This document shows, one piece after another, positions 1 through 10,299 of a stretch of 46,903 bases of DNA. Numbering within the stretch: position 1 is the stretch's first letter; the number at the start of each line of letters is the position of its first letter. The stretch is from Gammaproteobacteria bacterium. GTDB lineage: Bacteria; Pseudomonadota; Gammaproteobacteria; Nitrosococcales; Methylophagaceae. Location: positions 1 to 46,903 of the forward strand of contig JAMDEF010000020.1 of NCBI GenBank assembly GCA_023488305.1. The letters run 5' to 3'. Both the position numbers and the translations under genes were made by a program. The notes beneath the pieces were generated by a model. It was given only the letters and a program-made list of their open reading frames with translations, made no database searches and was not told the DNA's origin.

Positions 1-944
1 AAGTTCTGAAATTTGATAAAGATCGTGAACGTGTATCGTTAGGCCTGAAACAATTGGGTGATGATCCTTGGAAAGATATCGCTCGTCGTTATCCGAACAG
101 CACACGCATTCAAGGTAAAGTGACCAACATTGCTGACTACGGTTGTTTTGTTGAAATCGAAGACGGCGTTGAAGGTTTGGTTCACATGTCTGAAATGGAC
201 TGGACTAACAAAAACGTACATCCTTCTAAGCTAGTCACATTAGGCGAAGAAGTTGAAGTAATGGTTCTGGATATCGACGCAGAACGTCGTCGTATTTCAC
301 TGGGTATCAAACAGTGCCAAACCAACCCTTGGGAAGAGTTCTCAATGACTCATAACAAAGGTGATAAAGTTAGTGGCGCTATCAAATCAATCACTGATTT
401 CGGTATCTTCATTGGTTTGGACGGTGGCATTGACGGCCTGATTCACTTATCAGACATTTCTTGGGAAGAAGAAAACGAAGAATTGATTCGTGACTTCAAG
501 AAAGGGGATGAAGTTGAAGCCGTAGTACTGGCAATTGATCCTGAACGTGAACGTATTTCTCTGGGTATCAAACAATTGCAGGATGATCCATTCTCTGCCT
601 ATTTGTCTGAACACCCACGTGGTTCTGTTGTTACAGGTAAGGTCACTGAAGTTGATGCCAAAGGCGCAACAATTGAATTGGCTGAAGGCGTTGAAGGTTA
701 TGTTCGTGTGGCGGATATTTCGCGTGAACGTATCGAAGATGCCAGCAAAGTGCTGAATGTCGGTGATGAAGTTGAAGCTAAATTTACAGGAATGTCACGC
801 AAGGATCGCACACTGACTCTGTCCATTAAAGCTAAGGATGATCAAGAAGAATCTGAAGCAGTGAAAGAGTACAGTAATGTTAGTTCCGGCAATACCACTT
901 TAGGTGATTTGCTGAAAGAACAAATGAATCAGAAAGATAGCTAA
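1..944 (+). CDS. rpsA: 30S ribosomal protein S1 (3' part; gene starts before the window)
   Basis: Tandem S1 repeats ([44 protein letters not shown]); followed by ihfB as usual. Confidence 0.98.
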   Translation, partial: VLKFDKDRERVSLGLKQLGDDPWKDIARRYPNSTRIQGKVTNIADYGCFVEIEDGVEGLVHMSEMDWTNKNVHPSKLVTLGEEVEVMVLDIDAERRRISLGIKQCQTNPWEEFSMTHNKGDKVSGAIKSITDFGIFIGLDGGIDGLIHLSDISWEEENEELIRDFKKGDEVEAVVLAIDPERERISLGIKQLQDDPFSAYLSEHPRGSVVTGKVTEVDAKGATIELAEGVEGYVRVADISRERIEDASKVLNVGDEVEAKFTGMSRKDRTLTLSIKAKDDQEESEAVKEYSNVSSGNTTLGDLLKEQMNQKDS

Positions 945-955
945 TCTGATCATTT

Positions 956-991
956 ATAAGCATCCGGTAATTTGCCGGATGCTTATTTTTT
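956..991 (+). terminator. Rho-independent terminator after rpsA
   Basis: ATAAGCATCCGGTAA-T-TTGCCGGATGCTTAT inverted repeat followed by a T run. Confidence 0.85.
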
Positions 992-1057
992 CTTGTTACA
1001 CAGCTGCCTTAACGTTAAGGCATAACCCAAAGTCTACTGCCGGGAATCTAGGAAATT

Positions 1058-1348
1058 ATGACCAAGTCTGATTTGATAGAAATACTATCCGAAAAACAAT
1101 CTCTATTGAATTATCGAGACGTTGAACTAGCGGTGAAGTTAATTCTTGAACAGATGAGTGATTGTCTGTCACGTGGTGATCGTATTGAGATCAGAGGGTT
1201 TGGCAGTTTCACCTTGCATCATCGTCCACCTAGAGTGGGCCGTAATCCAAAAAGTGGTGAATCTGTTAAGCTTGATGAAAAATATGTACCGCATTTTAAA
1301 CCCGGAAAAGAGTTACGTGATCGCGTAAATAATGCCGCTGGTTTTTAA
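1058..1348 (+). CDS. ihfB: Integration host factor beta subunit
   Basis: MTKSDLIE...[10 protein letters not shown]...GRNPKSGE...[14 protein letters not shown]; position after rpsA. Confidence 0.97.
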   Translation: MTKSDLIEILSEKQSLLNYRDVELAVKLILEQMSDCLSRGDRIEIRGFGSFTLHHRPPRVGRNPKSGESVKLDEKYVPHFKPGKELRDRVNNAAGF

Positions 1349-1354
1349 TAAAAA

Positions 1355-1747
1355 ATGAAAATTAGTCAGGAAGCCGTTACTGACGCTGTTGTAATAAAAA
1401 GTTATGGCGACGGCTTTCTACTGATTCAATCTACTGATCAACCTCACCAACGGATCACGCATAATTGCATTCTCACCCCTGAGGGCATATTTGATGCGCT
1501 GGATCTGAATCGCTTCGATGGAAATATCAGCGATACACAGATTGAAAAAATCAAATCCTTTAAAGCAGATGTTGTCATCTTGGTAAAGGATGACGGTCTT
1601 ACCTCCCACTCGACAAATTTTACCCACGTATTTGCCCAATACGGTATTTCTCTGGAAATAATGTCGCTTGGGGCTGCTTGCCGTACCTACAATTTGTTAT
1701 TAAATGAAGGTAGAAAGCCCATACTGCTAGTTAATTTCAAGTCTTAA
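1355..1747 (+). CDS. Mth938-like (DUF498/NDUFAF3 family) protein
   Basis: N-terminal IKSYGDG and C-terminal GISLEIMSLGAACRTYNLLLNEGR motif. Confidence 0.85.
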   Translation: MKISQEAVTDAVVIKSYGDGFLLIQSTDQPHQRITHNCILTPEGIFDALDLNRFDGNISDTQIEKIKSFKADVVILVKDDGLTSHSTNFTHVFAQYGISLEIMSLGAACRTYNLLLNEGRKPILLVNFKS

Positions 1748-1866
1748 TGCGGGTGATGTGCAATGTTTTTGGTTATCGATATGAATACCCATATTAAGCA
1801 TAAGGTTTAAGCTATTGTTTTTACGCTAATTCTTAGGGGCTGGTTGATTGCATGAATCGCTAAAAC

Positions 1867-1895
1867 TTGACCACACCTAATGAAGTCAGGAAAAT
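1867..1895 (+). promoter_or_regulatory. Possible sigma70 promoter upstream of ccoN
   Basis: TTGACC-17 nt-GAAAAT. Confidence 0.35.
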
Positions 1896-1979
1896 TCCCC
1901 TGGTTTAGTCAACGCAAAGTTTGCGGAAAAGCTTATAGACTCGCAATTTTTGACAAAAGGCTTAGCAACATCAGCAAAG

Positions 1980-1993
1980 TTGATCTGGATCAC
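1980..1993 (+). promoter_or_regulatory. FNR/Anr-family binding site upstream of ccoN
   Basis: TTGAT-CTGG-ATCAC, 9/10 match to TTGAT-N4-ATCAA, upstream of a cbb3 oxidase operon. Confidence 0.75.
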
Positions 1994-2135
1994 GGATTTG
2001 AAAACATCAACACTGTTGTTTTGCGGTAAAATTTGTCGAGCTTGATTGTTGGGCAATATGAAATTGGGTTCTGTTTCTGAGAATAATTAGAAGAAGCAGT
2101 GATAGAGTTTTCATGAGAGAGAAGGTGTGATCGCT

Positions 2136-3557
2136 ATGCAGGCGAAACAACAGTACAACTTTGAAGTAGTTAAATGGTTCTCCTATATGGCGGTAGTCTA
2201 TTTAGTTGCCGGTACGGGTATGGGTGTATTTATTGCATCGCAGTTAGCCTGGCCAGATCTTAATTTTGATAATCCTTACATTAGTTTTGGTCGGTTACGT
2301 CCATTGCATACCAATACGGTAATTTTTGCTTTTGGTGGATCGACATTAATGGCTACAGCATTTTATGTTGTACAACGTACATCTGGAGTAAGACTCTGGA
2401 GTGATAAATTGGCCTGGTTCACCTTTTGGGGATGGAACCTGATTATTCTCGGCGCCATCATCACGTTGCCTTTAGGCTTAACTCAATCAAAAGAATATGC
2501 TGAGCTGGAATGGCCACTGGATATTTTGATTGCGGTAGTCTGGGTAAGCTACATGTTCAATTTCATCATGACCTTATCGATCCGTAAGGTTTCACATATC
2601 TATGTTGCCAACTGGTTCTTCTTGGCAATGATGATCATGATCACCTATCTCCATGTAGTAAACAGCTTGGCTATTCCTGTCAGCATGTGGAAATCGTATT
2701 CGATCTTCTCTGGCGTTCAGGATGCGATGATTCAATGGTGGTGGGGTCATAACGCAGTTGGTTTCTTCCTGACTGCAGGTTTCCTTGGCATTATGTACTA
2801 CTTCGTACCTAAACAAGCCAACCGTCCTGTTTATTCCTACCGTTTATCTGTTATCCATTTCTGGGCGTTGGTATTTGGGTATGTGTGGTTAGGTGCTCAC
2901 CATCTTCAATACACAGCATTACCTGATTGGACCGGTTCATTAGGTGCTGCGATATCTCTTGCGATGATTATTCCATCATGGGGTGGTGCATTGAACGGTA
3001 TGTTCACACTGAGCGGTGCCTGGGATAAATTACGTACCGATTATATTTTACGATTCCTGATCGTCTCTTTAGCATTCTACGCGATGTCTACTTTTGAAGG
3101 CCCGGTTATGGCTTCGAAAACAGTAAACGCCTTGTCACATTACACTGACTGGACTATCGGTCATGTTCACTCAGGTGCGCTCGGCTGGGTTGCGATGGTT
3201 TCTGTAGGTGCGTTGTATCACATGGTTGAACGTATGTGGGGCACGACGATGTATTCCGTTAAGCTGGTTAACCTGCATTTCTGGATGGCGACTATCGGTA
3301 CTGCGATTTACATCACCGCAATGTGGGTGTCGGGCATTATGCAAGGTTTGATGTGGCGCGCATATGATGAATACGGCAACTTGGCATATACCTTTGTTGA
3401 GTCAGTCGCACAGATGCATCCTTATTACGCGATGCGTGCAATCGGTGGGCTGATTTTCTTCCTGGGTGCGGTCATCATGCTGTTTAACGTAACAGTGACT
3501 ATTCGCCGCGCGATTGCAAAACCATCTGCCGAAATGGCAACTGCAGCGAATATTTGA
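2136..3557 (+). CDS. ccoN: cbb3-type cytochrome c oxidase subunit I
   Basis: [38 protein letters not shown] motifs; ATG 2136 has AAGGTG upstream (alternative GTG at 2127). Confidence 0.97.
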   Translation: MQAKQQYNFEVVKWFSYMAVVYLVAGTGMGVFIASQLAWPDLNFDNPYISFGRLRPLHTNTVIFAFGGSTLMATAFYVVQRTSGVRLWSDKLAWFTFWGWNLIILGAIITLPLGLTQSKEYAELEWPLDILIAVVWVSYMFNFIMTLSIRKVSHIYVANWFFLAMMIMITYLHVVNSLAIPVSMWKSYSIFSGVQDAMIQWWWGHNAVGFFLTAGFLGIMYYFVPKQANRPVYSYRLSVIHFWALVFGYVWLGAHHLQYTALPDWTGSLGAAISLAMIIPSWGGALNGMFTLSGAWDKLRTDYILRFLIVSLAFYAMSTFEGPVMASKTVNALSHYTDWTIGHVHSGALGWVAMVSVGALYHMVERMWGTTMYSVKLVNLHFWMATIGTAIYITAMWVSGIMQGLMWRAYDEYGNLAYTFVESVAQMHPYYAMRAIGGLIFFLGAVIMLFNVTVTIRRAIAKPSAEMATAANI

Positions 3558-3567
3558 GGGAATCAGC

Positions 3568-4245
3568 ATGGCTAATAAATCTAATAAACGCGTTAGTTTT
3601 CAAGATTGGGTTGAACAAAACGTTTGGGGACTTGCTCTAGCTACAGCATTAGTAGTGTCTGTAGGCGGTATTGTTGAGATTGTCCCGTTGTTTTATCTGC
3701 AAAATACATTTGAGGATGATGTCTTTCCTGAATATGAAGAACTGCAAGGCGTTCGTCCATATACAGCTTTAGAATTGGCGGGCCGTGACGTCTATCAACG
3801 TGAAGGCTGTTATTTATGCCATTCACAAATGGTGCGTCCGTTCCGTGATGAAAAAGATCGTTATGGTCATTATTCATTAGCAGTTGAATCTAAATACGAT
3901 CACCCATTTCAATGGGGATCTAAACGTACCGGACCTGATTTGGCACGTGTAGGTGGAAAATACTCCGATGCATGGCATATCCAGCATCTTCGTGACCCAC
4001 GTTCTGTAGTGCCTGAGTCCATCATGCCACGCTACCCTTGGCTGGATAATGCCACCATAAATGGCGAAGGCATGGTTCGCCGCTTGAAAGCGATGAAGGT
4101 ATTGGGCGTCCCTTATACTGATGAACAAATTCTGGGTGCTGCCGAAGCGGTAGAAGGCAAAACGGAAATGGAAGCTTTGGTTGCTTATCTGCAGGTACTT
4201 GGCACGATGATCCAGTTTGAACCAGGTAGAGATTACCGTGAGTAA
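3568..4245 (+). CDS. ccoO: cbb3-type oxidase subunit II (monoheme cytochrome c)
   Basis: [36 protein letters not shown]; start taken as ATG 3568 after GAGGG. Confidence 0.96.
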   Translation: MANKSNKRVSFQDWVEQNVWGLALATALVVSVGGIVEIVPLFYLQNTFEDDVFPEYEELQGVRPYTALELAGRDVYQREGCYLCHSQMVRPFRDEKDRYGHYSLAVESKYDHPFQWGSKRTGPDLARVGGKYSDAWHIQHLRDPRSVVPESIMPRYPWLDNATINGEGMVRRLKAMKVLGVPYTDEQILGAAEAVEGKTEMEALVAYLQVLGTMIQFEPGRDYRE

Positions 4246-4447
4246 TTTCTTGTCTTATTTTGAGACAAACTGGTCGGCCATGACCGCAAGTGATTGGGTG
4301 GGCACGATACTGACAGTCATTATTTTTATATTGATGTTTGGTATGTATTTCTGGGCATTACGACCTAAGAATAAAGAAAAACTTGAATCACACCGTGACA
4401 TGGCGCTGAGAGACGACGATATAAATTCGGAGAAAAATGATGGCTGA
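4238..4447 (+). CDS. ccoQ: cbb3-type oxidase subunit CcoQ
   Basis: Single TM helix followed by [12 protein letters not shown]; lies between ccoO and ccoP; GTG start overlaps the end of ccoO. Confidence 0.85.
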   Translation: MSNFLSYFETNWSAMTASDWVGTILTVIIFILMFGMYFWALRPKNKEKLESHRDMALRDDDINSEKNDG

Positions 4448-5372
4448 TAACAATAAAAATCCTCATGAATGTCCAGATACAGGTCATGAATGGGATGGCA
4501 TCAGAGAGTTAACCAATCCGCCGCCACGCTGGTGGACAATAGCTTTATACCTGAGTGGTTTGTTAGTTCTGGTTTATTTTATTTTGTATCCATCACTGCC
4601 GTTAGTGACAGGTAATACCAAAGGTATTCTGGGTTGGACTCAAATTAAAGAATACAAAGAAGATTTGGCAAAAATCGAGGAAAAACGTGCACCTTTTGAA
4701 GATCGGATTGCTGCGATGTCAGCAGAAGAAATTCTGGAAGATGACGAATTATTACGTTATGCCGTAGGTTCGAGCAAAGTACTTTATGGTGACAACTGTG
4801 CTGCATGCCACGGTGTCGGTGGCTATCCACAACCGGGTTCAGGCTATCCTATTCTTGCCAATGATGATTGGTTATACGGTGGCACGATAGATAAAATCAT
4901 CGAAACGTTGGCGAAAGGACGTCAAGGCATGATGCCTGCCCATGCAAATTTATTAACCGAAGAAGAAGTAGACGGTTTAGTTGATTTTGTTGTGAACAGT
5001 GCCAATGGTGAAGCCACAGACGCACAATGGAAGTTATACAACGAGAAGGGCTGTGTAGCTTGTCATGGAGCTGATGCTAAAGGTATTCAGCAACTTGGTT
5101 CTGCGAATCTGGCTGATAAAGTCTGGCGTTTTTCTGGTGAACCAGATGAAATTCGTCATACCATTTTGCACGGCGTTAATGATGCAAACGATCCATTAAC
5201 TCGCGTTGCTGTTATGCCAGCCTGGAATGAAAAACTTGCTGTGCGTCTCGAAGCAGAAGAATACGGTGATGATCCAGAAGAATATTACGATGGTACCGAA
5301 ACCGAACGTTTGACTGAAAACGAAATTAAGAAACTAGCGATTTATGTGCATCAACTTGGTGGCGGTGAATAA
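4440..5372 (+). CDS. ccoP: cbb3-type oxidase subunit III (diheme cytochrome c)
   Basis: TGHEWDGIRELTNPPPRWW, two CxxCH motifs (CAACH, CVACH), DDWLYGG; start at ATG 4437 or 4440. Confidence 0.96.
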   Translation: MADNNKNPHECPDTGHEWDGIRELTNPPPRWWTIALYLSGLLVLVYFILYPSLPLVTGNTKGILGWTQIKEYKEDLAKIEEKRAPFEDRIAAMSAEEILEDDELLRYAVGSSKVLYGDNCAACHGVGGYPQPGSGYPILANDDWLYGGTIDKIIETLAKGRQGMMPAHANLLTEEEVDGLVDFVVNSANGEATDAQWKLYNEKGCVACHGADAKGIQQLGSANLADKVWRFSGEPDEIRHTILHGVNDANDPLTRVAVMPAWNEKLAVRLEAEEYGDDPEEYYDGTETERLTENEIKKLAIYVHQLGGGE

Positions 5373-5421
5373 AAATATAACTGGCCTGAATAATTAGTTA
5401 GTTTAAATCAGGAGAATAAAT

Positions 5422-5541
5422 ATGGGTGCAGATGCAGTTGTAATTGGGGCGATAGTAAGTGTTGTTCTGACAATCGTTGTAATTGCGGTAATTGCTTACA
5501 AAGTTGTTAGAAACATGGAAGATAGCTCCAACGATAATTAA
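5422..5541 (+). CDS. 39-aa single-TM microprotein, CcoM/DUF3149-like candidate (absent from the ORF track)
   Basis: AGGAGA SD then ATG; translates to MGADAVVIGAIVSVVLTIVVIAVIAYKVVRNMEDSSNDN*; lies between ccoP and the operon terminator. Confidence 0.8.
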   Translation: MGADAVVIGAIVSVVLTIVVIAVIAYKVVRNMEDSSNDN

Positions 5542-5556
5542 GCCAATAGTTGAGTT

Positions 5557-5585
5557 AAAAAAAGCCGATCCAGTCGGCTTTTTTT
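5557..5585 (+). terminator. Terminator closing ccoNOQP plus the small ORF
   Basis: AAAAAAAGCCGA-TCCAG-TCGGCTTTTTTT. Confidence 0.88.
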
Positions 5586-5628
5586 ATTTATGAAAAGCTA
5601 GATTAGTAAAAGCTTATGAGCATAATCG

Positions 5629-5637
5629 TGTTATAAT
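5629..5637 (+). promoter_or_regulatory. Extended -10 promoter element for ccoGHIS
   Basis: TGTTATAAT, a perfect TGnTATAAT, 33 nt before the ccoG start. Confidence 0.6.
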
Positions 5638-5670
5638 TCCATCGGTTAAGCTCTATACGAGGTCGAAACT

Positions 5671-7092
5671 GTGTCGGAAAATCTGAAGTCAGCTGAGCTC
5701 AATATTAACGACATCTATGATGAGGTCTCAGACTGGCATGTTAACGCCGGTGGAACCAAAGTTGTAGCAAAACGCATGTCAGGTCGGTTCAGACGTCTTA
5801 AATGGTTTGGCATGTCAGTCTGGTTGATTTTCTTCATTGGACCTTATCTGCGTTGGAACGGTAAACAAGCCGTGCTTTTCGACATTCCCAATCGTCAATT
5901 CCACTTCTTTGATATCACTATCTTCCCGCAAGATATCTGGATGTTGTCCCTCACATTATTGTTCTTTGCCATCTTACTCGCTGCAGTGACCAGTATTGCC
6001 GGTCGGGTGTTTTGTGGCTATTTCTGTTTTCAGACAGTATGGACAGATGTTTTTACCTTTATTGAAACCCGTATAGAAGGTGACACGCCGCAGAAGGCAA
6101 TGAAGTTTAAAAGTGCTCCGGCCTCATTGAGTAAAATCTCGCGTATTACCCTTAAACATAGTTTGTGGCTGGCGATTGCGCTATTAACCGGTCTAACGTT
6201 TGCCGCCTGGTTCACCGATGTATTCCAGCTTTGGCATGATTTTTTCACGCTTCAAGCCTCATTGGTAGCCTGGATTGTATTGGGCATGTTTACCGTCGGA
6301 ACCTATGTATTTGCTGGCTTTATGCGTGAACAAGTATGTTTCTGGCTATGTCCATATGCCCGTCTGCAAGGGGTTATGTATGATCAGGATACCGTATTGC
6401 CTGCTTATGATGCAGAACGGGGCGAACCTCGTGGCAAACTTAAAAAAGGTGCGATTGATTCCAGTAAAGGTAGCTGTATTGACTGCAAAGTCTGTGTTGC
6501 TGTATGTCCAACTGGCATTGATATTCGTAAAGGCCAGCAGGAAGGTTGCATCACTTGCGGTATGTGTATAGATGCCTGTGACAGTATCATGGATAAGACT
6601 AACCAGCCACGAGGCTTGATCCGCTATGCCTCATACAAAGATTTACATCACAATGCTCCTCCAGCCGCTTTGTATAAACGACCTAGAGTACTCATCTATT
6701 CATTTATTTTAATGGTTGCATTTTCTGGCGTCGGCTATGGCTTTGCAACGTTATCCACCACTGAATTCCAGGTAATTCACAACCGGCAACCGGTATTTGT
6801 TCAACTGAGTGACGGCTCTATCCAAAACCGCTATACATTGAAAATGCTCAATAAGACTAATGAAAATATTCAAGTTAGTTACACCATCAGTGGTTTAGAG
6901 GGAGCAACTTTGCATGGCATAGATGAGAGCGTTATCATCGAACCAGGAAAGGTTAGTCCATTACAGGCTTTGGTTCGAATACCAGACGGAAAACTCCAGA
7001 CAGAACTGGAACATCTGACATTTACTGCCAATGTCATTTCTAATCCAGATATCTCTGTGCACTATGAAAGTATCTTTATGGGACCGAAATGA
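5671..7092 (+). CDS. ccoG: cbb3 oxidase accessory protein CcoG/FixG (4Fe-4S, cupric reductase family)
   Basis: GRVFCGYFCFQTVWT, CPYARLQ, CIDCKVCVAVCPTGIDIR, CITCGMCIDAC. Confidence 0.96.
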   Translation: MSENLKSAELNINDIYDEVSDWHVNAGGTKVVAKRMSGRFRRLKWFGMSVWLIFFIGPYLRWNGKQAVLFDIPNRQFHFFDITIFPQDIWMLSLTLLFFAILLAAVTSIAGRVFCGYFCFQTVWTDVFTFIETRIEGDTPQKAMKFKSAPASLSKISRITLKHSLWLAIALLTGLTFAAWFTDVFQLWHDFFTLQASLVAWIVLGMFTVGTYVFAGFMREQVCFWLCPYARLQGVMYDQDTVLPAYDAERGEPRGKLKKGAIDSSKGSCIDCKVCVAVCPTGIDIRKGQQEGCITCGMCIDACDSIMDKTNQPRGLIRYASYKDLHHNAPPAALYKRPRVLIYSFILMVAFSGVGYGFATLSTTEFQVIHNRQPVFVQLSDGSIQNRYTLKMLNKTNENIQVSYTISGLEGATLHGIDESVIIEPGKVSPLQALVRIPDGKLQTELEHLTFTANVISNPDISVHYESIFMGPK

Positions 7093-7595
7093 TGGCTATT
7101 TCACAAGAGAATAATCAAGCGTTAAAAAATCCGTGGGTGTTAGGCTTTTTGGCGTTTTTATGCACCTTTGTAACCGTCAATATTATTTTCATTTATCTGG
7201 CATTCAGTTCACCGCCTAATCTGGTGGTTGATAACTATTATGAGCGTGGTAAGAAGTACGCCCAGCAAGAATTGCAAATGGAACAAGAAAAACAGTTAGG
7301 CTGGAATGGCGTGATTATGGCTCCGCCGAAAAGTAGGGTAAATCAACGTCAGCCTTATGAAGTCTTCATTCATGGTAAGAATTCTGCTGCGGTTCAATTA
7401 GATTCCGTCACATTCTATGCTTATCGTCCATCTGATATGCGCGAAGATTTTTCGGTGGAAATGAATCCTATGAGCCTCGGCCGTTATGCGGTTGATATTG
7501 AATTTGGCTTGCCGGGTAACTGGGACATCATCGTTGAAGCCAAACGTGGTGACGATGAATTTTTAATCACCCGACGAATTTTTATTGATCCCTAA
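7089..7595 (+). CDS. ccoH: FixH/CcoH family protein
   Basis: N-terminal TM helix, LVVDNYYERG, YRPSD, PGNWD; ATGA overlap with ccoG. Confidence 0.88.
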   Translation: MMAISQENNQALKNPWVLGFLAFLCTFVTVNIIFIYLAFSSPPNLVVDNYYERGKKYAQQELQMEQEKQLGWNGVIMAPPKSRVNQRQPYEVFIHGKNSAAVQLDSVTFYAYRPSDMREDFSVEMNPMSLGRYAVDIEFGLPGNWDIIVEAKRGDDEFLITRRIFIDP

Positions 7596-7626
7596 AAATC
7601 GTTTGTAATTAGTAAGTTGAATTTCT

Positions 7627-10083
7627 TTGTCTGAAGCCACTACGCAAGTTAATACCAGCGATTGTTTTCACTGTGGTCTTCCAATAAAGCGCCAGGGTGA
7701 GTTTGTTGCGCAAATACAGTCAGACTCACATCAGTTCTGCTGCCATGGTTGCAAGATGGCCTGTCAAACTATCTATGCTGCAGGCTTGCAAAGTTTCTAC
7801 AATAAAACTCCAGAGGGCGAATCGCTCGCTCCACCACCTGATACAGCTAATGATTTTCACGCCTACGATATCGATGAAATCCAAGCAGATTATGTCGATT
7901 CACTTGATGAAAAACGCACGATACATCTGTTAATCGAAGGGATTCATTGTGCAGCCTGTGTTTGGTTAATCGAACATGCACTTTACAAATTACCTGGCGT
8001 TTTAGCTGCCGACGTCAATCTGACCGCAAAACGTTGTCGAATCCGCTGGGATAATCGCGAAACTTCCTTATCCGTTTTAATGCAGCATCTCGCCAAATTA
8101 GGTTATGCCGCGGTGCCATTCGATCCAGATACCGCAGAAGGTGCTTTAGCGAAACGACATCGTGGATTAGTCTATCGCATGGCCTTTGCCGGTTTTGCGA
8201 TGATGAATCTGATGTGGGTTTCTATTGCCCTGTATTCGGGTGCGGCAGAAGATGAGTTTCGAGATCTATTCCATTGGGTTGGTTTTATTATTGCTACACC
8301 AACCTTACTTTATTCAGGTTATCCCTTTTTTCGAAATTCAATCAGTGGCTTGCGTAGCCGCTATTTAACGATGGATTTACCGATTGCTATCGGTGCCACC
8401 GCGACATATCTCTATTCAAGCTATATCACCTTTACCGGGTCTCTGGAGGGAGAGGTATTTTTTGATACGGTGGTGAACTTTATTTTCGTTATTCTGATTG
8501 GTCGTTATTTAGAAGCACTTTCTAAACGCAATGCGCTTTCAGCCACCCGCCGGATGCTGGAATTACAACCAAAACTGGCAACCGTCATCACTGAAGGAAT
8601 ACAGCAAACGTTACCGATACGCTCCGTTAAAGTGGGAGATCTGGTGTTAGTACGTCCCGGGGAAAATATTCCAGTTGATGGTGTGGTTACCGATGGTGAA
8701 AGTGCAGTAGATGAATCGATGTTGACGGGTGAGTCACAGCCGGTTCGTAAGCAACTTAATGATACGGTTGTAGCCGGTAGTATCAATGGTGAAGGTGCCT
8801 TCACTGTGCGAGCCGAGCAAGTTTTACGACATACTGCCTTAGCGAAAATCATCGCTCTGATGGATGAAGCTCAAACCTCAAAAGCACCGATTCAGACGTT
8901 GGCTGATAAAATCGTACCGTGGTTTGTCGTGATCACACTTACCTTAGCGACATTAACCTTTATGTTCTGGATGGGCAGTGATTTTGAAAAAGCCTTACTG
9001 GCTTCAGCATCTGTTTTGGTGGTGACTTGTCCTTGCGCTTTTGGTATGGCCACGCCAATGTCTATTGCTGTTGCCAGTGGGGTCGGAGCGACCAACGGTA
9101 TTTTGATCAAGCAAGGCGTAGCATTGGAATCGTTATCACGGGTGACACATTATGTTTTTGACAAAACCGGGACATTAACGGAAGGACGATTGCAACTGGT
9201 TGAAAGTTTCCCTGCAGAAGGTATCTCAGAACAATCACTATTGCAGATTGCGGCCTCGGCCGAACAACAATCTGAACATGGAATTGCGAAAACAATAGTT
9301 TCAGCGGCCCAACAGCAAAACCTGACTTTGTTAAATATCTCTGCGTTTTATGCGTCGCCAGGAAGAGGTGTCGAAGCACAAATCGACGGAGATAAAATCA
9401 TCGTAGGCACAGCAGACTGGATGACGTCGCACGATGTGACGCTTGATAGTCAATGGCAGTCAAAGGTCAATCAGTTGGAGCAGCAGGGTATCAGTTGTGT
9501 ATTTGTTGCCAGCGAGCAAAAGTTGATAGGTATTCTTGGCTTGTTTGATACTTTACGTGTTGACGCTAAAACAATGATTGCCGATATGTTGGCCAATGGC
9601 CTGAAAGTCACTGTATTAAGCGGAGACCGTCAACAGGTGGTGAATTCGGTGACAGCCGATTTAGGTAATATCCAGCGCTTGGCAGAAGTCTTGCCAGCAG
9701 ATAAACGCCAAGTTATTCAACAGCTGCAACAACAAGGTGATTGTGTGGCGATGGTAGGTGATGGTATTAATGATTCACCGGCCTTGATTCAAGCCGATGT
9801 TGGTATTGCCCTGGCTTCAGGAACGGATGTCTCCATTGAAAGTGCAGATATCGTGCTATCGCATAATCAATTAAGTCAGGTGGCTTTAGCGCGCAAACTG
9901 GCTGCCCGGACCTTACGCACCATCCGTCAGAATATTGTATTATCCATTAGCTATAACGTGATTATGGTGCCGTTAGCAATGATGGCGCTAGTCAGTCCCT
10001 TACTGGCAGCAATCACAATGCCAATAAGTTCGCTACTTGTAATAGGCAATGCTGCCAGAATTAGCCGAATATTTAAGAGGTAG
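7627..10083 (+). CDS. ccoI: Copper-translocating P1B-type ATPase CcoI/FixI
   Basis: CFHCG/CCHGC N-terminal domain, [31 protein letters not shown]; TTG start uncertain. Confidence 0.95.
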   Translation: MSEATTQVNTSDCFHCGLPIKRQGEFVAQIQSDSHQFCCHGCKMACQTIYAAGLQSFYNKTPEGESLAPPPDTANDFHAYDIDEIQADYVDSLDEKRTIHLLIEGIHCAACVWLIEHALYKLPGVLAADVNLTAKRCRIRWDNRETSLSVLMQHLAKLGYAAVPFDPDTAEGALAKRHRGLVYRMAFAGFAMMNLMWVSIALYSGAAEDEFRDLFHWVGFIIATPTLLYSGYPFFRNSISGLRSRYLTMDLPIAIGATATYLYSSYITFTGSLEGEVFFDTVVNFIFVILIGRYLEALSKRNALSATRRMLELQPKLATVITEGIQQTLPIRSVKVGDLVLVRPGENIPVDGVVTDGESAVDESMLTGESQPVRKQLNDTVVAGSINGEGAFTVRAEQVLRHTALAKIIALMDEAQTSKAPIQTLADKIVPWFVVITLTLATLTFMFWMGSDFEKALLASASVLVVTCPCAFGMATPMSIAVASGVGATNGILIKQGVALESLSRVTHYVFDKTGTLTEGRLQLVESFPAEGISEQSLLQIAASAEQQSEHGIAKTIVSAAQQQNLTLLNISAFYASPGRGVEAQIDGDKIIVGTADWMTSHDVTLDSQWQSKVNQLEQQGISCVFVASEQKLIGILGLFDTLRVDAKTMIADMLANGLKVTVLSGDRQQVVNSVTADLGNIQRLAEVLPADKRQVIQQLQQQGDCVAMVGDGINDSPALIQADVGIALASGTDVSIESADIVLSHNQLSQVALARKLAARTLRTIRQNIVLSISYNVIMVPLAMMALVSPLLAAITMPISSLLVIGNAARISRIFKR

Positions 10084-10086
10084 GTC

Positions 10087-10299
10087 ATGGAGGTCATATA
10101 CGGACTTTTACCCGGCATGTTATTGCTGGGTTTAGTAGGTGTCATAGTCTTTTTCTGGGCCGTCCGCAGTGGGCAATATGATGATATGGAAGGTGCCGCA
10201 AATCGTGTGTTGATGGACGATGATAATCATCCACAAGATGGCGAACCGGACCCAGAGTCAGAGAATAACGAAGAAAAAAATGAAGCTAAGTCTGATTAG
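10087..10299 (+). CDS. ccoS: cbb3 oxidase maturation protein CcoS
   Basis: TM helix followed by FFWAVRSGQYDDMEGAANRVLMDDD. Confidence 0.93.
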   Translation: MEVIYGLLPGMLLLGLVGVIVFFWAVRSGQYDDMEGAANRVLMDDDNHPQDGEPDPESENNEEKNEAKSD

